DNA of 43,465 nucleotides from an uncultured Gammaproteobacteria bacterium (GCA_964585245.1 CAZPCV010000003.1:3652-47116), one strand, 5' to 3'; positions 27,375 to 35,638 are shown, numbered from the stretch's first letter. Numbers and translations: made by a program. The notes: generated by a model not told the origin, from the sequence alone.

Positions 27375-28934
27375 ATGTCGGAAAAAATAAGTTCCGGAGA
27401 TTTTACATATACAGGAAAGTTGCCCCTTATAACCTGCACTCAAATTTTTGAGACTGGCCAAATCGAAGAAGCGAAAGATTTAGTTTTTGAACACCTAAAG
27501 CATAATCCAGACAGTATTCCAGCAATGCTGCTTTTGTTTAAATGTCATTTAGAAACCAAAGAAATAGACGAGGCCTTGACCTTGGGCGAAAAAGTTATCC
27601 AAAAAGAAAGAGTCCCAGCAAAATATTTTTCATACTTTGCCGAAAAACTGGCTACTATTTACCGTCAACGAGGCGAACAAGAGAAAGCTGACGCCTTGGA
27701 TTCCCAGGTCTTAAAATTAGACATGGGTGAAAAAACGCCAGCTTTGTTGCACCAAGCGAAAATTTCTATTAGCAGAGGCAACCACGAAGAAGCAAGGAAA
27801 ATTACCGACCGCGTTCTCGAAAAAGAGCCAAACAATCCCAACGCCTTATCTTTGAAAGGCAGCAGCTATATACACGAAAAAAAGTACACCGAGGCAATCC
27901 CCTGGTTCAAAGCTTCTCTTGAACAAAATCCACACTTTATTGCCTACGACCAGCTAGCCTTTTGCTACGAAAAAATCGGAAATTTAGCCGAGGCCGAGAA
28001 TTATTATTTTGCCGCCCTTGATTTAACTCCACCAGAAAAAGATCAATCGCCATCTTTACGCGGCTTGCTGCGAGTATACGAAGCCAGCAATCAAATAAAA
28101 TCCTTGATAAAAACTGCGGATCGGCTGGTACAACACGCTCCCAACAACGTTTTTAACCTGTGTTTTATTGCCAAGTTATTTCTGCGTTGCGGTTTAATAT
28201 CCGAGGCAGAGCAATTAAATTCTAGAGCAATCAAGTTAGATAGCAACAATTCTTCAGCTTTATTAATAAAGGGCAGAATATTATTAAAACAAGACCAACC
28301 AGACCAAGCCCTCACCTTTGTTGAAAGAGTTGCCAAAAACACCGACCCCGAATTCAATTCCGAACAACAAAATCTACTGGGCATCTGCCACTTAAAAGCC
28401 GGCAATCTTGCCCGGGCAGAAGAAATTTATACAGAATCGATGAGAAAATTTCCACAAAACTCGGCCCCAGTGGTGGGCCTCGCCAGGGTATTTCTAGCCG
28501 AGAGAAATACCGCCGAAGCAATTTCTCTTTTGGAGAAACAGCTAAAAAATGATTCGGATAATTTCTTTATACGATATTTCTTAGCTAAAGCCTATTATAT
28601 TGAGGGTGATCTAAAAAAGGGGGCCGCCACTCTAGCGCCAGTGATCCAAAAACCACCTGTAAACCCCGGCGCTCTATATTTGTATTCGTTGTTTATTGGG
28701 GATAGCGAAGAATTTTGGCAAGCTATTCAAGCAACTGTTAGCCCCAATATTTACAACAAAGCACGCGCCATGAGAGACAGCGCGTCGGCCGAAATGCTTG
28801 CCGCAGGCGAAGAAGATCTTTTTTATCAGAATAATTTTTGGAGTCCGGATCATGATTTTACGCGACCAGTGAACCGCTTCACGTACCACTCCACTAAACC
28901 GGTAAGCTCAACAGACGAAAATACGCTACCGTAA
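27375..28934 (+). CDS. TPR-repeat protein
   Basis: Repeated 34-aa A/Y/L patterns (EEARKITDRVLEKEPNNPNALSLKGSSYIHEKKYTEAIPWFKASLEQNP, and others) occur throughout the 519 aa. Confidence 0.85.
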   Translation: MSEKISSGDFTYTGKLPLITCTQIFETGQIEEAKDLVFEHLKHNPDSIPAMLLLFKCHLETKEIDEALTLGEKVIQKERVPAKYFSYFAEKLATIYRQRGEQEKADALDSQVLKLDMGEKTPALLHQAKISISRGNHEEARKITDRVLEKEPNNPNALSLKGSSYIHEKKYTEAIPWFKASLEQNPHFIAYDQLAFCYEKIGNLAEAENYYFAALDLTPPEKDQSPSLRGLLRVYEASNQIKSLIKTADRLVQHAPNNVFNLCFIAKLFLRCGLISEAEQLNSRAIKLDSNNSSALLIKGRILLKQDQPDQALTFVERVAKNTDPEFNSEQQNLLGICHLKAGNLARAEEIYTESMRKFPQNSAPVVGLARVFLAERNTAEAISLLEKQLKNDSDNFFIRYFLAKAYYIEGDLKKGAATLAPVIQKPPVNPGALYLYSLFIGDSEEFWQAIQATVSPNIYNKARAMRDSASAEMLAAGEEDLFYQNNFWSPDHDFTRPVNRFTYHSTKPVSSTDENTLP

Positions 28935-28971
28935 AATTTTTGCCGACCCTACAAAAAATAGATGCTATTCA

Positions 28972-28999
28972 AAAAACCCACTTATCTCGCGGGTTTTTT
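28972..28999. terminator. bidirectional terminator between convergent genes
   Basis: AAAAACCC (28972-28979), an 11-nt loop, then GGGTTTTT (28991-28998). Confidence 0.55.
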
Positions 29000-29017
29000 A
29001 ATTTACACTTTTTAAAA

Positions 29018-29419
29018 TTATATTTTCGAAAAAAAGGTCATGGCATCTTCGTAAGGTGATTCGCCAGAAAAATTTTGACCATTCTTATTGTAGCGCACCG
29101 TAAGTGTTAGGCCATTCATAGGCACATTTGGCAAGCCAGGGAGCACGTCCTCATGCGCTTCATTTTCGGGCATTAACACCACATTTAAAACAGAGCCAAC
29201 GTATGAAACACGCTTAATTTCCCAGGTTATGCTTGCTAAGCCACCATTTTTAATGACTTCTTCCAGCCTATCTCGTTGTCCGGCGATTATAGTGCCGGGG
29301 AGTTTAGTTAATCTACCTTTATCTCCAACTTTTAAACCATATCTTTCTTGTAAAGCCACTGCCCCTTCGTGTCTACTCATCTCAAAGTATTTTTGATCAA
29401 AATCTCTGCTTTCTAACAT
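29018..29419 (-). CDS. hypothetical protein (133 aa)
   Basis: ORF track only; no motif recognised. Confidence 0.45.
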   Translation of the reverse strand: MLESRDFDQKYFEMSRHEGAVALQERYGLKVGDKGRLTKLPGTIIAGQRDRLEEVIKNGGLASITWEIKRVSYVGSVLNVVLMPENEAHEDVLPGLPNVPMNGLTLTVRYNKNGQNFSGESPYEDAMTFFSKI

Positions 29420-29443
29420 ATTTTAATTTTAAAATTTGTTAAA

Positions 29444-30325
29444 TTACTTAACCCGGCTAATCCCTGTTGGGGTTAACCGAACCGTACCGCGGAGCTCCCC
29501 CGTGCCACTAACAAAACTTCTGATACCAGCCACTTTTCCAGACAACTTTACCGTGGCGCTATACGTATTAGAATTTCCAGCATACACAATAGTATCGAAA
29601 AAAACGCTATTTAGGAAGCTGTCTGGGCCTACGCAATTATTTTCACTAAATCCCCCCTCGTCCAAACAATACGGTGTATTGGAAACAAGAGTAATATTCT
29701 GAACGGGATACGTATTAAATTTTTCGTGATACTCCGCCAGGGCTGTTTGTAACGTTTTCAGATCATTGAGGCGGTTATTGTCTTTAGTCTCCAGATAGTG
29801 CGCATCAGCTATTTTTTTATAAAAATCTATTAATGTTCCCTTGCAGCTTAGAGGGTCTAGCGCAGTAGCCATTAGAAAAAAAGATTTGTGTGGGTCAAAT
29901 AAATCCTCAGAAATCATCCCCGTATCTAACTTACAAACCGCTTCTTTCCCCTGAAAATTTGTTTTTTCGTTGAGATCGGCTTTAACGGCTCTCAGAAAAG
30001 CTTTGGTATCAATTTTTATGGTAGAGCTTACTATAGGTACATTTTTTAACAGTTCGGCATCATTAAATTTAATTGAGTATTTATCATACTTAATTTTTAA
30101 GGAGCACTTTTTTGATGTTCCAATAATTTCGTCCGTTAACGTTTGCACAACTGTTACCCCCGATCTCGAGGATTTGTCAGACTCTGTTATTTTGGCGGAG
30201 CGGCAATTCTTGGCCGCTTCCAAAAAGCATTTTGCGTCTCTACACACCTTGGGTTTTGTGGCAGCATACGCTGGCACTCCTCCCAAAATCCCTATTACTA
30301 CCAACAAAACGAATATTTTTTTCAT
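29444..30325 (-). CDS. secreted protein with an internal pilin-like helix motif
   Basis: Signal peptide MKKIFVLLVVIGILGGVPAYA. The segment NNRLNDLKTLQTALAEYHEKFNTYP resembles the R-x-SDL-x-L-x-x-AL-x-x-Y...YP helix of type IV pilin-like proteins, but here it sits mid-protein. Confidence 0.55.
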   Translation of the reverse strand: MKKIFVLLVVIGILGGVPAYAATKPKVCRDAKCFLEAAKNCRSAKITESDKSSRSGVTVVQTLTDEIIGTSKKCSLKIKYDKYSIKFNDAELLKNVPIVSSTIKIDTKAFLRAVKADLNEKTNFQGKEAVCKLDTGMISEDLFDPHKSFFLMATALDPLSCKGTLIDFYKKIADAHYLETKDNNRLNDLKTLQTALAEYHEKFNTYPVQNITLVSNTPYCLDEGGFSENNCVGPDSFLNSVFFDTIVYAGNSNTYSATVKLSGKVAGIRSFVSGTGELRGTVRLTPTGISRVK

Positions 30326-30528
30326 ATGGTTAAGATTATGTCAGGAGTATATGCCTAAAATAATAATTATTCAATGGATTTACTTGGCGATCTTTGCTTC
30401 AGCAAAGGTCTGCAGGCAACTTTACCTTAGACAGGTAAAACCTTACGGTTTTCAAACTTTCCCTGGTTCTATTTTTTTATAGACCAAAAATAAAATCGCC
30501 CCAGCTAAAGCCGGAGCGATTTTATTTG

Positions 30529-30600
30529 AGCGGGTAAGGGGAGTCGAACCCCTGTCACCAGTTTGGAAAACTGGGATAATAGCCGTTATATGATACCCGC
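30529..30600 (-). tRNA. tRNA-Gly (anticodon UCC), no encoded CCA
   Basis: The minus strand folds as a cloverleaf: GCGGGTA TC ATAT-AACGGCT-ATTAT C CCAGT TTTCCAA ACTGG TGAC AGGGG TTCGACT CCCCT TACCCGC T. The 7-bp acceptor, anticodon and T stems all pair, and the anticodon loop is UU-UCC-AA. Confidence 0.9.
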
Positions 30601-30756
30601 AGTGAGTGAAAATGAGGGCACACCCTCAATTTTCCGAACGAGGAGTACCATATATTTTTATATATGATACCCGCGAGGAGTGCTGTAAAACACAAAATTC
30701 ATTTTGTGTTTTATTGCCGACGAGCGGTGTCATATACCTTAGTATATGACATGCGC
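30601..30756 (-). repeat. two tandem modules: copy of tRNA-Gly nt 1-14, complementary arm, then a terminator-like hairpin
   Basis: TATATGATACCCGC at 30587-30600 (inside the tRNA) recurs exactly at 30661-30674 and in degenerate form (TATATGACATGCGC) at 30743-30756. Each copy pairs with an upstream arm (30642-30654, 30724-30736). On the minus strand each is followed by a hairpin plus T-run (30609-30633, 30687-30712). Confidence 0.7.
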
Positions 30757-30834
30757 ACAAGGTTCTTTTGCTTGACCTAATCCACCAACACATTTCATTT
30801 CACAGTGCTATAGAGTATAATAAATCCATAAAAA

Positions 30835-31191
30835 ATGTCAACCATGACTGCTTTTTCTTTGGAATCTATCCAGGCCATACTGTCCGATCACTGGCTGATT
30901 ACTTGGTATGTTCTCGGCATTAATTTTTTGGCCTTATTTATCTACGGAGTCGACAAAGTATTGGCCCGTTCGCACGCTTGGCGCATCTCGGAGCGCACCT
31001 TACTTCTCCTCGCCCTGTGCGGGGGCAGTGCTGGCGCATTATGTGGCATTCACCTCTTTCGCCACAAAAGCCGTAAAAGCATTTTTTTGCTTTATTTTAG
31101 CATAATTTTGCTTCTTCAGATTGGACTAGTGACAATGCTTTTGTCTCGCTCTTATCCACTGCTAGACAACGGAATATTAAATCCGGTATAG
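30835..31191 (+). CDS. DUF1294 family membrane protein
   Basis: FIYGVDKVLARSHAWRISERTLLLLALCGGSAGALCGIHLFRHKSRK is the characteristic DUF1294 core. Confidence 0.8.
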   Translation: MSTMTAFSLESIQAILSDHWLITWYVLGINFLALFIYGVDKVLARSHAWRISERTLLLLALCGGSAGALCGIHLFRHKSRKSIFLLYFSIILLLQIGLVTMLLSRSYPLLDNGILNPV

Positions 31192-31269
31192 TTGACAACT
31201 GTTTATTTTTGTGATATATTCGTGCCGAAATATGGCTTCCCGGCCATTTACTTACTAGATATTTATCTT

Positions 31270-31422
31270 ATGGCAATTAACCCCGATTTTGATGATGCTT
31301 GGCCACAAGGTGGCGGCATGAATGATGATGACGATGACATGAACGGAATGAATGACGGTGATGATGACGATGATCTCGACGAAGATGAAGATGACGACGA
31401 TAGTGATGACGATATGGCCTAA
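31270..31422 (+). CDS. 50-aa hyper-acidic protein (25 of 50 residues are D/E)
   Basis: MAINPDFDDAWPQGGGMNDDDDDMNGMNDGDDDDDLDEDEDDDDSDDDMA, followed directly by a terminator. The track ORF starts earlier, at a TTG at 31192. Confidence 0.45.
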   Translation: MAINPDFDDAWPQGGGMNDDDDDMNGMNDGDDDDDLDEDEDDDDSDDDMA

Positions 31423-31430
31423 CAGAAAAC

Positions 31431-31452
31431 CGCCGGCTCTGGCCGGCGTTTT
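31431..31452 (+). terminator. intrinsic terminator after the acidic ORF
   Basis: CGCCGGC (31431-31437), TCTG loop, GCCGGCG (31442-31448), then TTTTCTTTT. Confidence 0.7.
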
Positions 31453-31464
31453 CTTTTGCCAAAT

Positions 31465-31492
31465 AAAAAATCCCTCTTCAAAGTAAGAGGGA
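31465..31492 (-). terminator. intrinsic terminator after efp
   Basis: TCCCTCTT (31471-31478) pairs with AAGAGGGA (31485-31492). The minus-strand T-run is the complement of AAAAAA at 31465-31470. Confidence 0.65.
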
Positions 31493-31509
31493 TTTTAAAT
31501 CTATAATTT

Positions 31510-32070
31510 TTAAGCGCGAGTAGAATAATCACCCGTTTCCGTATTGACCAAAATTTCTTCACCTTCTTTAATAAAAATGGGAGCCTGGATCTTGAGCCCA
31601 TTATCTAGCGTAATTTCTTTGGTCACATTGCCGGCTGCGCTATCGCCTTTTACGGCAGGTGGCGCTTCGACTACTTTATATTGAATTTTTTTCGGCAACT
31701 GAATACTAACTGGGCGTTCTTCATACATCCCAATTACCACGTCAATCCCTTCTTTCAAGAATTTTGCTTCGTCTCCTACCAACTCGCCATTCATTTCGAT
31801 TTGTTCATAATTATTCATGTTCATGAAGGCGAAATTGTCACCGGTTTTATACAAATATTGCATAGTCTGGAATTGGACACTGACGATATCCACCGACTCA
31901 CTGGTTTTGTAGGTGATTTCAATCACTTTGCCGTTGCCCAAATTTTTCATGCGGGTGCGCACGAAAGCGGCGCCTTTGCCAGGGTTAACATGTTGGAACT
32001 CTACTACGACATAGAGGTCATTCTGGTGACGAATCACCACTCCTTTGCGAACATCTGATGTTGAAGCCAT
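31510..32070 (-). CDS. efp: elongation factor P
   Basis: MASTSDVRKGVVIRHQNDLYVVVEFQHVNPGKGAAFVRTRMKNL contains the PGKG loop with the modifiable Lys. Confidence 0.95.
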   Translation of the reverse strand: MASTSDVRKGVVIRHQNDLYVVVEFQHVNPGKGAAFVRTRMKNLGNGKVIEITYKTSESVDIVSVQFQTMQYLYKTGDNFAFMNMNNYEQIEMNGELVGDEAKFLKEGIDVVIGMYEERPVSIQLPKKIQYKVVEAPPAVKGDSAAGNVTKEITLDNGLKIQAPIFIKEGEEILVNTETGDYSTRA

Positions 32071-32091
32071 ATAGAATTAACAATAAAACAA

Positions 32092-33129
32092 TTAGCAATT
32101 AATTTGGTCACTTACCGTCTGGAACACCACTTCTTCGAGGGTGCGAGCGCCGGTAAACAACAGTACCATACGATCTACCCCCAAGGCAATACCCCCGGCT
32201 GGAGGGGGAATAGCGGGTAAGGCCCCAATAAAATCGGCATCTACTGCCCAGGTAGCTTTGCCTAATTTGTGGCGCAAGGCCTGATCCTGTTCCAGACGGC
32301 GTAGCTGCTCATGCGACTCTGTCAGTTCTCCAAAGCCGTTTGCGAGTTCAAGGCCGCCAATATACACCTCTACCCGTTCGGCATAACGAGGGTCATGATC
32401 GCACCTACGCGAAAGTGAACACATCCGAGCGGGATAGTCGTATACGAAAATTGGACGCTCAACCCCAAGATGTGGTTCGATTTCGTTCAAAAAAATCTTG
32501 AAAAACAAATCTTCGTATTCATCGGCTTCGCTTGTGGCGTGTCCCCGCTCCGCTGCCAATTGCCGTAGCGGCCCCAGCTCCAAATAATCATCCAAGTTAA
32601 TACCAATGTATTCTTGCCACAGTTGTTTCATGGTAGAACGCTGCCAGGGATTAACGATCGACACTTCGTAAACACCATACTTCACCGTGCCAACACCCAA
32701 CTTTTCTCCTACATATTTGAACAAAGCTTCCAGGTCGTCCATGATTTGCGGCAACGTTCCCGGCGCCCGATACCATTCAAGCATGGTAAATTCGGTATTA
32801 TGCGTACCATCTCCAAACGCTTCGCCATTACGAAAACATTTAGCCAGTTGGAAAATATTTTGGAAACCAGCAGCTAATAATTTTTTCATCGCGAATTCCG
32901 GCGATGTTTGCAGGTAAAATTGCTCTTGGCGACCCAGTGGATCAAAAAATGTTACCGCCGCCGGGTTTAAATATGGTTCTTGGCCAGGTAGTTTAAGCGC
33001 GATCGGAGTATCGGTTTCGACAAAATTCTGTGCCCAAAAAAATTCTCGAATCAAACGCAAGATACTAAGCCGAGTACGGTACATGGTCTGCAACCGAGGA
33101 TTATCGTGCAATTCTTTCCAAACAGTCAT
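32092..33129 (-). CDS. epmA: EF-P (R)-beta-lysine ligase (PoxA/GenX, LysRS class II paralog)
   Basis: About 345 aa with a class II aaRS core and no anticodon-binding domain: FVETDTP, FRNGE...HNTEFTMLEWY and GIALGVDRMVLL. It is adjacent to efp. Confidence 0.85.
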   Translation of the reverse strand: MTVWKELHDNPRLQTMYRTRLSILRLIREFFWAQNFVETDTPIALKLPGQEPYLNPAAVTFFDPLGRQEQFYLQTSPEFAMKKLLAAGFQNIFQLAKCFRNGEAFGDGTHNTEFTMLEWYRAPGTLPQIMDDLEALFKYVGEKLGVGTVKYGVYEVSIVNPWQRSTMKQLWQEYIGINLDDYLELGPLRQLAAERGHATSEADEYEDLFFKIFLNEIEPHLGVERPIFVYDYPARMCSLSRRCDHDPRYAERVEVYIGGLELANGFGELTESHEQLRRLEQDQALRHKLGKATWAVDADFIGALPAIPPPAGGIALGVDRMVLLFTGARTLEEVVFQTVSDQINC

Positions 33130-33150
33130 ATAGTTACTTTTTGATTAAAA

Positions 33151-33171
33151 TATCCCGATCAAGTCGGGATA
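33151..33171 (-). terminator. hairpin terminator between rpsR and epmA
   Basis: TATCCCGA, TCAAG loop, TCGGGATA, with A/T runs on both sides. Confidence 0.55.
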
Positions 33172-33196
33172 TTTTTACGCACACTACGATTAAGTG

Positions 33197-33433
33197 TTAT
33201 TTCGCGAGATACGGCATCAAGGCTCCCTGACGAGCGCGTTTGACAGCGTTTGCCACCTGGCGCTGGTGCTTGGCACACAAGCCAGAGCGGCGGCGCGGAG
33301 CGATCTTCATGTACGAAGACACGAAACGACGCAAGGTGCCGATATCTTTGTAATCGACAACTAATTTATTGTTGGTGCAGTAGTGACAGCCCTTCGGTCG
33401 GTTGTCAGTTTTGGGTTGAGTGTTCGGACTCAT
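33197..33433 (-). CDS. rpsR: 30S ribosomal protein S18
   Basis: [50 protein letters not shown]. Confidence 0.93.
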   Translation of the reverse strand: MSPNTQPKTDNRPKGCHYCTNNKLVVDYKDIGTLRRFVSSYMKIAPRRRSGLCAKHQRQVANAVKRARQGALMPYLAK

Positions 33434-33460
33434 AAGAATGAGAAGTAAAAACGGTTAAGG

Positions 33461-33913
33461 TTAAAAAGGAATATCTTCGACTTTGATTTCTTCTTCGATC
33501 ACATCATTCTGGGCACTCGGTTGATAGCTGGGCTCAGAGGAAGATGTGGCCGGAGTTTGGCCAAAGCTGTCGGTGCCGCCCATGGGCTTGCCCCCGAGCA
33601 TTATCATGTTGTCAGCGACTACTTCGGTACGATAGCGTTTGACGCCGTCCTGGCCGGTCCAATCGCGGGTTTGTAGCCGACCTTCGATATAGACCTGGCT
33701 AGCCTTGCGCAGGTATTGGTTGGCAATCTCGGCTAATTTGCCCCACATCACGATGTTGTGGAATTCACTTTGGCGCTGCTTTTGCCCCTGAGCATCAGTC
33801 CAGCCGCGGCTGGTGGCGATACTGAAACTGGCAACTGATTTTCCGCCCGGAGTATTACGTAATTCCGGATCGCGGGTCAAGCGGCCGATCAGCATGACTT
33901 TGTTGAGGTCCAT
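33461..33913 (-). CDS. ssb: single-stranded DNA-binding protein
   Basis: OB fold beginning MDLNKVMLIGRLTRDPELR, WGKLAEIANQYLRKASQVYIEGRLQTRDW, and the acidic tail ending DIPF. Confidence 0.95.
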   Translation of the reverse strand: MDLNKVMLIGRLTRDPELRNTPGGKSVASFSIATSRGWTDAQGQKQRQSEFHNIVMWGKLAEIANQYLRKASQVYIEGRLQTRDWTGQDGVKRYRTEVVADNMIMLGGKPMGGTDSFGQTPATSSSEPSYQPSAQNDVIEEEIKVEDIPF

Positions 33914-34010
33914 ATGAGAGAGCGTTAAATTGCTAAAATGTTAAATTGTTTGTATTGCTTTAATTCTTTTCCGGCAATTTAGCAATATTACAAGGTAACA
34001 ACGATTTCAT

Positions 34011-34598
34011 TTAGACTCCTGGGATAATATTATCACCACTCAAAATCTCGTCCAATTTTTTGGTGATTTCTTCCATCGAAGCCGCATCAGGCTTTACCGC
34101 TGCAGAGCGTGGGGTTGGGGCCGGACCTTTCATTTCGGCTGGCACGACATCCATTTCTTCTACCGCTGGCATGGCTTTTTTCATGGCCGGGGTTGGGGCC
34201 GAAGCCATTTCTTTTTCTTTCATCGGCATTACCGGCATATCTTTATTTTCGGCCATGACCGGAGTCATACCCATACCTTCGGTGGTGTAGGCGATTTTTT
34301 GCGCAGGGGTAAGAGCGATGTTGAAGTTGGTCACCATGGTGCGCAGCACATCGCGCAAGAGTGATAATTTGTGTTCCAATTTCTTGAGCGCGGCGGATTC
34401 GGCCGTAAAGACGACGGTATAGAAATAACCGTATCGAATTTGCTTAATCGGATAGGCCAAGCGATTTTTGCCGATGGTGGTAAGTTCGACTTCGCTGCCA
34501 TGTTCTTTCACCATTGCAACAATTTCGTTGGCGCGGGTTTCGGCTTGTTTGTCATCAAGCGTGCCCGGCAAAATTAATAATAACTCGTATTTCTTCAT
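34011..34598 (-). CDS. rpsF: 30S ribosomal protein S6 with a C-terminal extension of about 90 aa rich in Met/Pro/Ala
   Basis: MKKYELLLILPGTLDD...LAYPIKQIRYGYFY is the S6 core. The tail is GMGMTPVMAENKDMPVMPMKEKEMASAPTPAMKKAMPAVEEM... Confidence 0.9.
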   Translation of the reverse strand: MKKYELLLILPGTLDDKQAETRANEIVAMVKEHGSEVELTTIGKNRLAYPIKQIRYGYFYTVVFTAESAALKKLEHKLSLLRDVLRTMVTNFNIALTPAQKIAYTTEGMGMTPVMAENKDMPVMPMKEKEMASAPTPAMKKAMPAVEEMDVVPAEMKGPAPTPRSAAVKPDAASMEEITKKLDEILSGDNIIPGV

Positions 34599-34736
34599 AC
34601 AGAAGACTAGGTCAGTTAATAACAGAATGTTCGCTGCGGCGTAGATACCCGTCGAGCGAACCGTGAATAAGTAAGCGTTGTACGAGGCCCACCGGAGCTA
34701 GCGGCGACCAAGTAAAAAAGGCAGTAATATGTGGTC

Positions 34737-34765
34737 ATACTAACCAAATACCCTAGAAAAGTCAA
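34737..34765 (-). promoter_or_regulatory. sigma70-type promoter of the rpsF-ssb-rpsR operon
   Basis: The minus strand reads TTGACT (34765-34760), 17 nt, TAGTAT (34742-34737). The leader of about 135 nt contains the hairpin TTCGCTCGACG...CGCCGCAGCGAA (about 34630-34660). Confidence 0.45.
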
Positions 34766-34859
34766 CAGTAAGCCTACGAACCTCTTTGACGCTTGCGGTT
34801 GAGACCAGTACTTTACCCACGATACCATACGATTTACGTAGTATCTAACCTAATCCTTT

Positions 34860-35440
34860 ATGTCATACGAAGAGTTCGCTCCCGAAGAATTAGCCCAAAT
34901 TGCCAAGGAATATTTCGCTAACTGTTCGGAAGAAATTGATTATTTAGTGCAACAAAACGAACTATTTGACCAATGGGAAAAAATAACAGAACTTTACAAG
35001 GACTATCTGCCGCTCACCGGGGGACAAATCAGCGCCCTGAGAGTAGCGACACACCGACCCCAAATCAGCGGGCACAAGCTGAACAGTGCCAAGCCATCGC
35101 CACCGCTATGCTGGCTACAGAAATGGATTATAACCGACGGGAAGGTGAATTTTTGCTAGCAAAGCAGGCCAGCGAAGAGACAATGCGAGTGTTACAAACA
35201 ATCCAAACCAAACTAGAACAACACCGTACTAACCCCACGGCTATAGAGCCGTTGGTAGATACCTGGGAGCGTGAAAACCTGGGCACTGTGTATATGACAT
35301 CGTTTAGTCGTGCCATGACTGATTTTATGAATGTCCATATGGAATTAGGCAGCATCCTACGATCTTCTGATCCTGCCGTGCCCCCGACCGACCACAATAC
35401 CCCTGTTATCTTTGCTTCGGACTGGAAAAACCACACCTAA
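34860..35440 (+). pseudogene. hypothetical gene apparently split by a frameshift (track ORFs 34860-35159 and 34973-35440)
   Basis: The N-terminal part reads well in frame 1 (MSYEEFAPEELAQIAKEYFANCSEEIDYLVQQNELFDQWEKITELYKDYLPLTGG). The C-terminal part reads well in the other frame (...AEQCQAIATAMLATEMDYNRREGEFLLAKQASEETMRVLQ...). A G5 run at 35019-35023 lies in the overlap. Confidence 0.4.
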
Positions 35441-35638
35441 ATCAGCGAATGTTGCGCGAGTTGATATTTTTAGCTTGACACAAGCGCCTTTTTGTGTTTA
35501 AATAGGCTGTTTAGTGCTTGTAAATTAAGCCTAAATTAATTCTTTGAAAATTACGGTACCCACGGTGAAAAAAGGGATTATAATTGATTCTTTTTTCCAC
35601 CTAGGGTGCCGATTCGGTGCCTGCTTACGGATGAGAAC

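Noticed and set aside
24155-30600. Classic tRNA-targeting integrative island (integrase plus att repeat of the tRNA 3' end)
   Set aside because: No integrase or recombinase ORF is present. I found no copy of the tRNA-Gly 3' segment near the distal boundary (about 24128-24160). Only composition and gene content suggest an island.
31192-31269. N-terminal extension of the acidic ORF from a TTG start
   Set aside because: The hydrophobic, odd-composition extension starts immediately after the DUF1294 stop. The ATG at 31270 gives a coherent 50-aa product.
34616-34828. 70-aa minus-strand ORF upstream of rpsF
   Set aside because: It spans the predicted rpsF promoter and leader and has no start context. 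The region is better explained as regulatory or leader sequence.
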